From positions 143,858-207,857 of IMG/VR virus record IMGVR_UViG_3300017987_000001: a stretch of 64,000 nt of DNA; one strand, given 5' to 3'. Within the stretch, counting starts at the first letter, position 1, and each line of letters starts with the position of its first letter. Shown piece after piece: positions 28,274 to 37,666 of this stretch. The position numbers and the translations under genes are program-made. Under the pieces are notes generated by a model. The model was not told where the DNA came from and made no database searches. It saw nothing but the letters and a program-made list of their open reading frames with translations.

Positions 28274-28401
28274 CTTGAGTCTCCAATCGGTAGTACCTAA
28301 TCAAATGGGTAATGAATTGGGTACTGGCGATCGGCGGACCGCGAGCCTATGGGGGATGTAGCTAGGTGAACTCCATGGCTTTCCTCCTTCCCGTGCCCCC
28401 G

Positions 28402-29070
28402 TTACGACTGATTCTGAACGTCCCCGTCGTCGTCATCCGCGCTCGACCCGGCCGTCCAGTCGATGGACTGCGCACTCGCGCCGCCACGGTATGCGCCGAC
28501 ATTGCTCGACATGCACTTCACGGCATGCGCGTAGTGATGCGCGTTGCCAGCACGGTACTTGACGATCCGGTCCATCGCGATACCCATGCCGCGCGCCTCG
28601 TCGAACGCTTCAGCACCCGCAGCGAGGAAGACGAACTGCCACTGGAACTGATTCGTCTGCGTGTCGATCATCTTCATGAGCTGATCGCGCTTGTACTCGT
28701 GACTGGAGTTCTCCTGCCCGTCGGTGATGATCGCCATCACAACCTTGCTCGGGCGTTCCTCTTCGGGCTTCTCAGCCAGCCGCTTCCCGACCTCGTCGAT
28801 CGTGCGTCCGACCGCATCCAGCAACGCCGTCATGCCGCCGGGCGTGTACGTGCTGGTGCTGAGACGCGGAACTTCCTTGATGGGCGCGCACTTGTGAACG
28901 ATATCATACGCGGTATCGAACAGCGTCAACGTGAGCTGTGCCTCTCCGGGCAGCTTCTTCTGCTCGTCGAGGAACGTGTTGAACGCACCCATCGCATCGT
29001 CGCGAATCGTGGCCATCGATCCGGACTTGTCCATCACTACGATGATCTCCGTCAGATTTGGCTTCGTCAC
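28402..29070 (-). CDS. von Willebrand factor A domain protein
   Basis: MIDAS motif MDKSGSM, GMTALLDA, ITDGQENSS. Confidence 0.9.
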   Translation of the reverse strand: MTKPNLTEIIVVMDKSGSMATIRDDAMGAFNTFLDEQKKLPGEAQLTLTLFDTAYDIVHKCAPIKEVPRLSTSTYTPGGMTALLDAVGRTIDEVGKRLAEKPEEERPSKVVMAIITDGQENSSHEYKRDQLMKMIDTQTNQFQWQFVFLAAGAEAFDEARGMGIAMDRIVKYRAGNAHHYAHAVKCMSSNVGAYRGGASAQSIDWTAGSSADDDDGDVQNQS

Positions 29071-29071
29071 G

Positions 29072-29266
29072 TCACTCTCCTCTTGCCTCAGCCTGTATGT
29101 CACGAAGCTGCTCTTCGAGGCGATGAATAGCTTCGTCTGGGGTCACCCCCATTGCAGAATGGAAGCCCCAGTGCGCCTTCCACGCGCGGGCCTCGTACAC
29201 GAACGTCAGCGACACGTTGTCGCGAAGCTTGTCCGCCAACATCTCGATAGCTATCACGACATTCAT
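29072..29266 (-). CDS. small hypothetical protein
   Basis: AGGAGAG RBS right after the tRNA. Confidence 0.55.
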   Translation of the reverse strand: MNVVIAIEMLADKLRDNVSLTFVYEARAWKAHWGFHSAMGVTPDEAIHRLEEQLRDIQAEARGE

Positions 29267-29278
29267 GATTCTCTCCTT

Positions 29279-29353
29279 TGGAACGTCCGGCGGGGGTCGA
29301 ACCCGCATCTTGCGCCTTTAGAGAGCGCCGCACTCCCATTGTGCTACGGACGT
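29279..29353 (-). tRNA. amber suppressor tRNA (anticodon CUA)
   Basis: Acceptor ACGTCCG/CGGACGT, D stem GCAC/GTGC, anticodon arm GCGCT-CTCTAAA-GGCGC, T arm GCGGG-TTCGACC-CCCGC, U73, encoded CCA. Confidence 0.9.
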
Positions 29354-29493
29354 TCCTCTTGTTTCTCCTCCATCGCGTCGCGCTTGAGCTTCGCGCCCAG
29401 CACAAACGAGCAGGACACGGATCCGAAGACCCCGAGCATGCGCGCGTAGATGTTGCCGGACAGTATTGCTGCGGTCGCACCCATTAGAATCAT
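29344..29493 (-). CDS. small membrane protein (49 aa, not in ORF track)
   Basis: MILMGATAAILSGNIYARMLGVFGSVSCSFVLGAKLKRDAMEEKQEERP*; the stop is nt 8-10 of the suppressor tRNA. Confidence 0.55.
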   Translation of the reverse strand: MILMGATAAILSGNIYARMLGVFGSVSCSFVLGAKLKRDAMEEKQEERP

Positions 29494-29512
29494 CGCAAGC
29501 AGCCAGCTCCTG

Positions 29513-30589
29513 CTATTCATCATCCAGTACCAGCATCTTGTTGAGCTGCGTGACCGGGTAGATGTTGCTGTCGATCTGAACGTTCATTGTCCCGCCCGCA
29601 AGTTGCGAGGGCTTGAAGTCTGCCCATACGTGCGGCCTATCAGTCAGGTACGGAGGGTACAGCTCCTCCGGACGCATGCCTTGTGGCTGGTCGTGCTCCG
29701 TGTTGATCCCGACTACGGTAGCAATCGGATAGTGGAACTGCAGCTGCTGCAGCGTGGCCAGCGATCGCACGAGCCGCGCAGGGCGTGGTTCGATCGTCTG
29801 CTCCTCGGCGATGAGCTGATCGAGATCTTCAATCACGAGCAGGCCAGATGGATTGAACTGGTCGGTAACTGAAGAGCGAAGTACCTCAACCAGCTGTCCG
29901 ACCGTATCACCTTTGCCCCGCCAACCGCTCAGCGCAATCACCTTGCTCGCATGCACGTCTTCCTCGCCCGCCTTGCCCGTGATGGGGTGTCGGTCGTCTT
30001 CGCCAGCATGAAGCACGACGACACGCCCGCCCGCGCGCTCGTATACCTTCGTGAAGAGCGCGAGGATAATGGGGAGTGCGGTCGAATGTGAGAAGATGGG
30101 GAAGATGTCCTCGTGCGTCATCCCGTTCTCGAACTTCCGATCGAGATCGAGCGGCAGCGGGACGGCCTTGCTCTTGATGCGCCCCGTGAGCTTCTTCATC
30201 CGGGCCTTACGCCCCTCGTCGCGCTCCAAAGCGATCTGAGCCTGCGCGTTGAGCCATGGCTGGAGCTTCTGGTTGAACTCGGCCAGCATGGGCGGGAAGT
30301 CGAACATCTTACCCGCCGCGTGCTGCTGTGCCTCGTACAGAATGCCGACCATCATGGCCGATACGTCAGGCATCTCCGACGCGCGCATCGACGCCCAGTT
30401 GACGAGCCTATGTCCGAAGAGGGCTAACGCGGCCAGACGGCGGAGATCCGCGCTTTCCTCCATTGCCTTTTCGAGACGCTCTCCCGCCTCGTCGTGGAGC
30501 TTCATCCGCCGCTCCGCTTCCTTCTGCTGCTGCTCCTTCATCGCTGCCTGCAGCTTCGCGATGTCCACGTTCTGTGGAATCTGGGGCAT
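29513..30589 (-). CDS. hypothetical protein, possible degenerate RecA/DnaB-fold domain
   Basis: Walker B-like LLVIEDLDQL; no Walker A seen. Confidence 0.5.
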   Translation of the reverse strand: MPQIPQNVDIAKLQAAMKEQQQKEAERRMKLHDEAGERLEKAMEESADLRRLAALALFGHRLVNWASMRASEMPDVSAMMVGILYEAQQHAAGKMFDFPPMLAEFNQKLQPWLNAQAQIALERDEGRKARMKKLTGRIKSKAVPLPLDLDRKFENGMTHEDIFPIFSHSTALPIILALFTKVYERAGGRVVVLHAGEDDRHPITGKAGEEDVHASKVIALSGWRGKGDTVGQLVEVLRSSVTDQFNPSGLLVIEDLDQLIAEEQTIEPRPARLVRSLATLQQLQFHYPIATVVGINTEHDQPQGMRPEELYPPYLTDRPHVWADFKPSQLAGGTMNVQIDSNIYPVTQLNKMLVLDDE

Positions 30590-31208
30590 AAAACGCCTCC
30601 AATACTCTAGGGTCGACGGTGTCGAGGAACTGGTCGAACCTGAACCCGACAACCGAATGCTCCGGCAAATGAATCTTGTGCTTCTTCACCTCAACGACGC
30701 GCTCGTCGATGCGGAAGATCATGCTGGGGGATGGGCGGTAGCCGAACATGGTGAACTCGGCCAGTGTAGCCGTAGTGACCCAGCCAAGCAATAGTCCGCG
30801 ATTGCGCTTTGTCACGAGAAATGGCCGCCTCGGGACGGCCATCGCTTCGTCGTAGCATTGCGCCCAAAACTTCATCCAGTCATGATTCGGGTCGACGTTC
30901 TGGAGTACGCCAAGCACGTCGTATGTCTTGTACGACTTGAATTCGAAGCAGAACGCATCCAGCAGCGGCTTGCCAAGCGGGTCGGTATACTTCATGTCAC
31001 CAAACTCGTTGGCCGTGGACTTCCCGCTCCGTCTGCGTCGGGATGTTGCGCGTGAGCCGGACCCGGACGTCCTCCAGTAGATATCGTCACGTTTGCCCTC
31101 AGTCCACCACAGGCTCATCTGTACGCAGCGGTCGCGTTCGAATTGTCCACCTTTCGCCGCACCGCCGCCGGGTCTCATCTTCCTACCCTTCTTCTTTCTC
31201 TTCGCCAC
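30408..31208 (-). CDS. PD-(D/E)XK Holliday junction resolvase-like nuclease
   Basis: KGGQFER, RTSGSG, FGDM, FEFKSY. Confidence 0.65.
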   Translation of the reverse strand: MAKRKKKGRKMRPGGGAAKGGQFERDRCVQMSLWWTEGKRDDIYWRTSGSGSRATSRRRRSGKSTANEFGDMKYTDPLGKPLLDAFCFEFKSYKTYDVLGVLQNVDPNHDWMKFWAQCYDEAMAVPRRPFLVTKRNRGLLLGWVTTATLAEFTMFGYRPSPSMIFRIDERVVEVKKHKIHLPEHSVVGFRFDQFLDTVDPRVLEAFYAPDSTERGHREAAGSDEGAAAEGSGAADEAPRRGGRASRKGNGGKRGSPPSGRVSPLRT

Positions 31209-31410
31209 GGTCGTCTTCCTCATTGAGCGGGACAGGCGGCTTGATCTTGCGGGAGAAGTACTCCTCCCGCGCCTTCAGCTGCTCGTCTGCGGCCTGCTTC
31301 GCCTTCCGCTCCTGATAGGTCCGCGCGTCCCTGCAGCTGGGACACTGGCCGTGATTGCGGCAATGCGGGTCATTCCGCTTGCACTTGTTGATCTTACGCC
31401 ACCGACTCAC
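31183..31410 (-). CDS. small basic Cys/His protein
   Basis: CRNHGQCPSC. Confidence 0.6.
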   Translation of the reverse strand: MSRWRKINKCKRNDPHCRNHGQCPSCRDARTYQERKAKQAADEQLKAREEYFSRKIKPPVPLNEEDDRGEEKEEG

Positions 31411-32089
31411 GGAACCCCTCCAACAGGTAGTGCGTCATGAGACAGTCGAACCCTGCGTCGTGCGCAGCATTGAGATCGAGGTTGTACTTCTTGTCCACCT
31501 CGTACGTCGTTACTGCGAACTCAAGCCGCCACTTCACGCGACTTCGCGTGTGGCGTATCCGATTGAAGTAGCTCTCCAGCGATTCGTGCGGTCCGATCAT
31601 CGACTTCATCTGAGCTGCTTTGAAAATGCAGCCCGTATCGATGATCTCACCCGGCTTAAACGCGAAGTCCATTCCCTGCCGCTCGAACTCGCGGGAGATG
31701 AAAGGACCATCGAAGGATAGAGCGTTGTGCCCGACATACATACAACGACCGCTGCGGTATAGCTGCAGCAGCCTGAGTATGCGGGGGTACAGCTCGTCGG
31801 GTTCTTCGCCTTCCTTTTGGAGGATGTCATCCGTGATCCCCGTCACTTCCATGGCCTGCCCCTTCATCGTCCCACGGGGACGACGAACGTAGTGCGCGGC
31901 GTTCGCTACGACCTTACGCTCGCGCACGGCGGCATAACCAAACTGCACGATTACGTCCGGCTTCTTGCCTTCCGGCGGGTTGTAGTGAAACCCGCTCGTT
32001 TCGATATCGATGACGAGGTAGTCGTCGGGAAGACTGCCGCCCGGGCAGCGGGCCGCAATCCCAGCAATGATCTTCTGTGTGTCATTCAT
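31394..32089 (-). CDS. DEDDh 3'-5' exonuclease (Pol III epsilon-like)
   Basis: IDIETSG, GHNALSFD, AHDAGFD. Confidence 0.9.
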   Translation of the reverse strand: MNDTQKIIAGIAARCPGGSLPDDYLVIDIETSGFHYNPPEGKKPDVIVQFGYAAVRERKVVANAAHYVRRPRGTMKGQAMEVTGITDDILQKEGEEPDELYPRILRLLQLYRSGRCMYVGHNALSFDGPFISREFERQGMDFAFKPGEIIDTGCIFKAAQMKSMIGPHESLESYFNRIRHTRSRVKWRLEFAVTTYEVDKKYNLDLNAAHDAGFDCLMTHYLLEGFRESVA

Positions 32090-32564
32090 CAGATGATCCT
32101 GCTCTACCCAAGCATCGAAGGATCCGGTCGACCTCACTTTGTACGTCCTCCAGCGAGGGCGTTTGGCCCTCCTTCTCCGGCTGTACGGATTCGAACCAGA
32201 TCGGCATCTCGGAGAACATCGCGCACATCAGCAACTCGGAGATGAGCGCACGAACTCCTGCGCGTGGACCGTCCTCGAACAAGTCCCTGAACCAACCCTC
32301 CGGCTCTCGCCGTACCACTGGATCCTCACGCAGCGCATTCAAGAAGCGTGCGAGATCCTTGATGAACGACTCCAGCTCTTCGCGAAGTCGCTCGTCAGGT
32401 ACGTGACAGTCTATGCACCGGTCGATCATCATCCCACGAATGTGGTCCGTGGTGATGTCCTGCCCCAGCATGTGGAGCGCGTTATGAATCAACCGTGGCA
32501 TAGCCCAAATGAGATCCCGATCCGGGTTGTAGAGCCGCTTATCGGCCCCGCGCATTTGAAGCAT
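32082..32564 (-). CDS. hypothetical protein
   Basis: Operon context. Confidence 0.65.
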   Translation of the reverse strand: MLQMRGADKRLYNPDRDLIWAMPRLIHNALHMLGQDITTDHIRGMMIDRCIDCHVPDERLREELESFIKDLARFLNALREDPVVRREPEGWFRDLFEDGPRAGVRALISELLMCAMFSEMPIWFESVQPEKEGQTPSLEDVQSEVDRILRCLGRAGSSDE

Positions 32565-32573
32565 CTGGTTCTC

Positions 32574-33530
32574 CTAGCCCATTCGCTCGCGCGCCCAGTG
32601 CGCGCGAACATCCTTTGTCTGACAAGAGATGCACGCCTTCGCGTTCTTCCGCTCGGGATCGAACGCCGCGTGATCCCTATTACACAGGTCACACCGTTTG
32701 ATGATCCACGTGTACCGATGTGTGCCGAGCATGCACTCCGAGTAGCCGACCGGACACGTGTGACAGCGTTGGTTGTAGTGCCGAACGCACGGACCTGCGC
32801 GCGCCTTCCGTAGACGCTTGTTGTAGCGCTTGTGCTGATCAAGGCAGTGCATCTCGTCGATGTCGAGCGTGCCGTCGTCCTTCTGCACTATGTAGGCGAG
32901 GAACCACATGCCGACCAGCTCGCTGTGGAGCGGTCTCATATCGTTCATGTTCCACGCCAGCTCGTTGGCGAGCATCCACATCACGAGCTTGTAGGAAACG
33001 GACTTCAGCAACTCACGTCCGGACATCGCGCCCGCACTGATCATCACGGTCATGTTGATGCGCGTCCTGTTGTTGATCACCCGACCAAAGCGCATGTCCG
33101 TGATCGTCACAGGGTACCAGCCCGGCTCGCCTAGCGTGCCCGTGATCGGTTTGCCGTCGCGTAGCAATGAGAGACCGCCCGCGAGCTTCGTCGCGATCTG
33201 ATCACCTACACGACCCGTCAGCTCCTGCCCGATGAATTCGAGCAGCGATTGGCGCAGCGCAAGCTCATGATCGTCGTCCTCGTCGTCCAGCTTGAGCATG
33301 CGCATGAAGAGCGCGACCAGCTCGTCGAGCTGGTCTTCGTCTATGATCGTTCCGTAGTAGGACGTGAGTCGCAGCGCGATCTTCTTGCGCCACTGCCTGA
33401 CACGACCGAGGTCGAATGCAGGCACACGCACCGCTTCTTGGCGAATCACCGCTTCCTCCTCGACTTTTACGTTGTACCAGCAGTTAGGGTGCTTGACAAG
33501 ATCAAAACTATGGGGCCGCTCTGCGGGCAA
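32574..33530 (-). CDS. hypothetical protein with C-terminal Cys-rich domain (start uncertain)
   Basis: CHTC, CDLC and CISC motifs. Confidence 0.7.
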   Translation of the reverse strand: MPAERPHSFDLVKHPNCWYNVKVEEEAVIRQEAVRVPAFDLGRVRQWRKKIALRLTSYYGTIIDEDQLDELVALFMRMLKLDDEDDDHELALRQSLLEFIGQELTGRVGDQIATKLAGGLSLLRDGKPITGTLGEPGWYPVTITDMRFGRVINNRTRINMTVMISAGAMSGRELLKSVSYKLVMWMLANELAWNMNDMRPLHSELVGMWFLAYIVQKDDGTLDIDEMHCLDQHKRYNKRLRKARAGPCVRHYNQRCHTCPVGYSECMLGTHRYTWIIKRCDLCNRDHAAFDPERKNAKACISCQTKDVRAHWARERMG

Positions 33531-33567
33531 AAAGAAAGACGGGGCGGTTGCGGAGGCCGCCCCGTCT
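33529..33567 (-). terminator. intrinsic terminator
   Basis: GACGGGGCGG / CCGCCCCGTC followed by TTTCTTTTT. Confidence 0.8.
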
Positions 33568-33608
33568 GCGGAGGAATCGGCGACAGTGGGGGTCGCCTTT
33601 TCGGGAAG

Positions 33609-34124
33609 CTAGGTGGGAGGTACGAAGTCAGTCAGCGAGGCTTTCGCTCCTCGCAGGAATGCCTTGGCGATATCGAGAAGCACCTTGGTCTCCTCACTCG
33701 GCTCGACCTTCGGTAGCTTGATGTCTTGGTCCATCTTCATCAACAAAATCCGCGACAGGCTCTTCGCGCCCGGAAGGAATGCAGCGTCTTCGCCGGTAAG
33801 CCGCTCCTCCAGCTTCGTGTGGACGAGGTCCGTAAGCGAGACGAATCCGCCGTCACCGGGTGAGCCGGTGATGTTCGCTTCGAGCGTTTCGATCGCAGTG
33901 AGATACTTCTGTGCGTTCTTCGCATCGTCCTTGTTCGCTACAAAGTACGTGAAGACCGCAAGGTTGCCCGCCATCTCGGCATTCGAGACCGCCTGTGCGG
34001 GATCGTCGATGTCGATGTTCGGGCAACCAGCTATCGGCAATAGTAAGACCAACGCCAGCAAGCTGGTTAGTATCGCACGCAAAACTCGCCTCCTTTCGCT
34101 TGTAGTGGTACCACGAACCACCAC
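33609..34124 (-). CDS. putative lipoprotein
   Basis: Basic-then-hydrophobic signal peptide with lipobox IAGC. Confidence 0.65.
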   Translation of the reverse strand: MVVRGTTTSERRRVLRAILTSLLALVLLLPIAGCPNIDIDDPAQAVSNAEMAGNLAVFTYFVANKDDAKNAQKYLTAIETLEANITGSPGDGGFVSLTDLVHTKLEERLTGEDAAFLPGAKSLSRILLMKMDQDIKLPKVEPSEETKVLLDIAKAFLRGAKASLTDFVPPT

Positions 34125-34168
34125 AAGATCAAGTGTATTCTGGGTCAGAAAACTAAGTCTAGCGGTAG

Positions 34169-34543
34169 CTAGAACCTATGACTTGGCATCGGCGGCAGGT
34201 CGTCTTCCTCGACGATCTCGGCCACCATGGATTGTGTCTCTGCTTCCAGAGCGGCAGCATCCTGCTCTTCCCGCTCGTATTCCCCACTGGCGCGCTTCTC
34301 TTTCTCGCGCTTGAGTATCTCCGCTACACGGTGCTGGTAGTTGGCAAGCTCTTCTTTGGTAGGTGTGAACAGCTTCCCGCCGATCCATACTGCCGCCCGC
34401 TCATCGTAGTCCTGAATGTCGAGCAGCAGCGAGAGCGCAGCACTCCTGACGGCCTCCGTTCCGCCAGTCATGTACGCCCACAGCACGCGCGCAGCCTTCT
34501 CACCGGTATACGCGAACTCGATGAGCACTGCGTCGTCACTCAC
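34169..34543 (-). CDS. hypothetical protein
   Basis: Operon context. Confidence 0.6.
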   Translation of the reverse strand: MSDDAVLIEFAYTGEKAARVLWAYMTGGTEAVRSAALSLLLDIQDYDERAAVWIGGKLFTPTKEELANYQHRVAEILKREKEKRASGEYEREEQDAAALEAETQSMVAEIVEEDDLPPMPSHRF

Positions 34544-34868
34544 GGGTACCGTTCCCTTTCACAACACGAATCAGCTTCTTCACCGCAGTCAGGATCCTCG
34601 GCTCGCCAGCCTGTTCATCGGCTTCGAACGGCCGATTCTCATCCGACCCGGCGTACTGCACATTGATCTTGTTGGAGGATGGCCACCAGTTCAGGATGTA
34701 CTCACGCGCCCTGAACTGATGGCCTCCTGAGATATCACGACACTCGATCCCGTACTTCTGACAGAGTGCCTGAAGGATTGGCAGCCACTTCTGGAGTCGC
34801 TTCTTCCGCTCACGGCGGCGCTCGCGACGCTCCAGCCTCGCTGTCTTGTATTGATTGGTTGCCTGCAT
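34536..34868 (-). CDS. hypothetical protein
   Basis: Operon context. Confidence 0.6.
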   Translation of the reverse strand: MQATNQYKTARLERRERRRERKKRLQKWLPILQALCQKYGIECRDISGGHQFRAREYILNWWPSSNKINVQYAGSDENRPFEADEQAGEPRILTAVKKLIRVVKGNGTRE

Positions 34869-34903
34869 ATGAGAGTTGTACTGCGTGCAACCAGCGACGT
34901 CAA

Positions 34904-35341
34904 CTACTCACGTTGCGAGCGCGGGACGAGCGAGAACTCCGTCGCTACGAGATCGAACCCCGCAATGAAGTCCTCCACGACGATGTACTTGCGTGGGGTT
35001 CCGTTGCTGGAATTCGTCGGGTCGGGTATCGCATCTCCGCGCATGAGCTGCTCGTACAGCTTCAGCGGATCGTGCCCGAGCGCCTTGGCGAGATTGATGA
35101 ACGACTTCGCGCGCATTGCATCCTTGCGCGAGTAGTTCTCGATCGTCGACCGGCCGACTCCCGCCTTCTTCGCGAACGCGCCCATCGTCATGCCCTTCTT
35201 CGCATTGTGCTGCTTGATGAGCGTAAGAAGTGCGGGCATCAGCTCGCCCATGTACAGATCCACGCCCCAAGGCTGTCGTCCGTGCAGTACCTCTGCCAGC
35301 ACGTGTGCCTCGTGAGCGTACGTCTTGTCCTTCGTCGCCAT
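34904..35341 (-). CDS. XRE-family HTH regulator
   Basis: MTMGAFAKKAGVGRSTIENY...INLAKALG; GAGGAGG RBS. Confidence 0.75.
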   Translation of the reverse strand: MATKDKTYAHEAHVLAEVLHGRQPWGVDLYMGELMPALLTLIKQHNAKKGMTMGAFAKKAGVGRSTIENYSRKDAMRAKSFINLAKALGHDPLKLYEQLMRGDAIPDPTNSSNGTPRKYIVVEDFIAGFDLVATEFSLVPRSQRE

Positions 35342-35366
35342 ACGTCCTCCTCGTTCTGTTGAGCTG

Positions 35367-35849
35367 CTATGCGACCTTGTACTTCGCGAACGCCTTGGTG
35401 ATCGCTGCATCGAGATCTTCCAATGCGAGGATCATTCGGCGGTGCTTCAGAAGCTCGTCCTTCGTAGCATCCGTCTTCAACTGCTTCGAGTTGCGCTTGC
35501 TGTAATCGCGGTTACCCATGCCGTTACGCAGCGAGGACTTGGCGCGACGCAGGCGCTTCTGGATATCGCGACTCACTTCATTGAGCGTCGGCGTCGTCGT
35601 GTAGCCGTGCTTCGTGTGCACGACCACGCCGAGAGAGCGACGGATATCCGTCAGCACCTTGCCCAGCGGCCTGTCGACACTATCACGCGCGAGCGCAGCG
35701 ATGAGCGCCGCCTTCTCGTGATACTGTGCCGTGGCCATGTGGTTTTCGAGCTTCTGGTGCGGCTTGTCCGGGAGTCGGAACGTGCGAGCACGCCCTACGT
35801 ACGTGATTGCTTCCTTCTTCCGCTTCGGCGCTGTTTTCGTCTTCACCAT
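35367..35849 (-). CDS. basic helical hypothetical protein
   Basis: AGGAG RBS. Confidence 0.65.
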   Translation of the reverse strand: MVKTKTAPKRKKEAITYVGRARTFRLPDKPHQKLENHMATAQYHEKAALIAALARDSVDRPLGKVLTDIRRSLGVVVHTKHGYTTTPTLNEVSRDIQKRLRRAKSSLRNGMGNRDYSKRNSKQLKTDATKDELLKHRRMILALEDLDAAITKAFAKYKVA

Positions 35850-35858
35850 TTCTTTCTC

Positions 35859-36593
35859 CTAACGACGGGTGTTCACTTTCGACCCCGCCGGTTTTTCACT
35901 CAGCCCGCGTCGCTTGGCTTTGTTCACTGCCACCCCGTAGTTGAAGGCCGTGAACGGCAGCCCCTGCTGACGGACCGCCTCTCCGAGGAGCGTGTCGCCA
36001 CCATTGTGACTCAGCCGCACGTCGGGCCAGTCGATCTGCTTCATGACATCCGTGCGGAGCCACCAGTAGGCTCCCTGTGCGAATGTGATTCCGGGGGACT
36101 TGATACCGGGCGTTCGGGTCGCACACATCTCCGTGGGCTTCCCTTTGAACCACGTCGCCTGCTTGATGAAGTCCCACTGCCCCGGAAGGTGGTGCACGTA
36201 CCACGACTGCCCAACATACGAGCAGTTCGGGACGCGCGCGATATGTCCTGTTGTCTTCTGCCACCAATCGCTCTTGTCGATATACGAGTCGTCATCGAAC
36301 CAGAGGATCCATGGGGTTTGCGGCTTCCACGTCTCCATCTCGTGGAACATCAGCCGCATGGCCTTGTACTTCGGCTTGTTCTCTTCGCTGAAGAGGTACT
36401 CGAAGTCCGCGCTGCCGTGCTTCTCCTTGAAGCCCATCACAAGCTTCTGCGACGGCTTGCCAATGGTATTGCACCACAGCCTGATCACCGCCTGATCGAG
36501 CGGCGTGTAAGCGAACAGCGAGCGAAGGAGGCGCGTGTGCAGGGCAAGATCGTTGCCGTACAGGAGCGCGTAAATTGTCACGAACTCATTCAT
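35859..36593 (-). CDS. glycosyltransferase-like protein (GT-A)
   Basis: WILWFDDDSY, QGAYWWLR, GGDTLLG. Confidence 0.6.
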   Translation of the reverse strand: MNEFVTIYALLYGNDLALHTRLLRSLFAYTPLDQAVIRLWCNTIGKPSQKLVMGFKEKHGSADFEYLFSEENKPKYKAMRLMFHEMETWKPQTPWILWFDDDSYIDKSDWWQKTTGHIARVPNCSYVGQSWYVHHLPGQWDFIKQATWFKGKPTEMCATRTPGIKSPGITFAQGAYWWLRTDVMKQIDWPDVRLSHNGGDTLLGEAVRQQGLPFTAFNYGVAVNKAKRRGLSEKPAGSKVNTRR

Positions 36594-37117
36594 TGGCGTC
36601 TCAGATCCTTAGACATCATCCTACTGAAGAGCCGCTGCTTCACGTCGAAGATCGCATTCTTGATGCTGTCGATCTTGCGATAGCCCTTCTTCGTGACCGC
36701 ATCCAGCTCTTCGATGGCTTTGGATATCACTCCCGTGAAGTGCGATGCCGTCTCGACTACCTGAGGACCGTTCGCTACCTGCTTGAGCGCAACAGCGAGA
36801 TGGTCCACGAGCGCGGCATTGAACTCCGCAGGCGGCAGCGACTCGATGCCGGATATCATATCCCAATACTTGAGCGGAATGCGCATATCATGCTGATCAT
36901 CGTCGTCCGGGTCAACGCGCTTGCGCACGTCACCGTGCCGGAAGGCAACAGCAACTTCGTTGACGACGATGACCTCGAAGTCACAGCCGGGATACGCAAT
37001 CACGACGCTAGGCAGTGAGTTCTTCCCGCCCTTCACGACCACTGACGAGAAATTACTCCGTCGAGATTTCTTCAAAAGTCTGGGATCCAAGCCAGACCAC
37101 GACTTACGTTTGGCCAT
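36590..37117 (-). CDS. hypothetical protein
   Basis: GAGGGGG RBS. Confidence 0.7.
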   Translation of the reverse strand: MAKRKSWSGLDPRLLKKSRRSNFSSVVVKGGKNSLPSVVIAYPGCDFEVIVVNEVAVAFRHGDVRKRVDPDDDDQHDMRIPLKYWDMISGIESLPPAEFNAALVDHLAVALKQVANGPQVVETASHFTGVISKAIEELDAVTKKGYRKIDSIKNAIFDVKQRLFSRMMSKDLRRQ

Positions 37118-37132
37118 TTCACCCCCTCATCG

Positions 37133-37160
37133 TTGACTTACATCACCCAAGGTGTATCAT
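37133..37160 (+). promoter_or_regulatory. sigma70-like promoter TTGACT-16-TATCAT
   Basis: Counted by hand; points opposite to the flanking genes. Confidence 0.6.
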
Positions 37161-37166
37161 TGCTCT

Positions 37167-37298
37167 GCTTGGCGGAGAGTTCGGGAGGCAGATCACAACT
37201 TCAACCCCCCAGCAAGTGATTTCCGATACAGACAGTGGGGCACTGCTCTGTCCACCAAGCAACAACGGCGACCCAGCCCGGGTCGCCGTTGCTTTTTT
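37167..37298 (+). ncRNA. candidate ~130-nt small RNA
   Basis: Own promoter; 12-bp terminator hairpin (37263-37291) plus T-run; internal stems; no convincing ORF. Confidence 0.5.
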
Positions 37299-37314
37299 GG
37301 ACGCGTCCAACAAT

Positions 37315-37638
37315 CTACTTGGAGTCGGATGCAGAGCTGGACTCCTCCTCGTCAGGCTTCGCCTCACCGGTCGCACGCTTCTTCAGCCCGTCTTCGAGCG
37401 CGGTGCCGCCGATGAACATCGCCGACACAGTAGCGACAACCATGCCGAAGATCTCCGCCATGTTGTTGACGATCTCGGGATCCTCTCCCTCCGGGAGCCG
37501 CCCCAACAACATGAAGTAGCTCGCCACGACCGCCAGTATGGCGAAGACGCCCTTCCGACTCGCGAAGATGTTACCGAGAGACTTGAGTCCTCCGTACTTC
37601 GCAAGCTGCTCCACGGCTTTCGCGACATGGTTCTTCAT
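37315..37638 (-). CDS. two-TM membrane protein (holin-like topology)
   Basis: Two hydrophobic helices, charged C-terminus. Confidence 0.6.
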   Translation of the reverse strand: MKNHVAKAVEQLAKYGGLKSLGNIFASRKGVFAILAVVASYFMLLGRLPEGEDPEIVNNMAEIFGMVVATVSAMFIGGTALEDGLKKRATGEAKPDEEESSSASDSK

Positions 37639-37666
37639 CTCTGCATCCTCCCATTGCGCCGGGGGC

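Noticed and set aside
29279-29353. tRNA-Pyl
   Set aside because: It has a canonical 5-bp anticodon stem, a normal D loop, TTC in the T loop and a 5-nt variable loop; no pyl genes are seen.
32574-34124. In-frame TAG readthrough fusing the lipoprotein to the next ORF
   Set aside because: A strong intrinsic terminator (33529-33567) lies between them.
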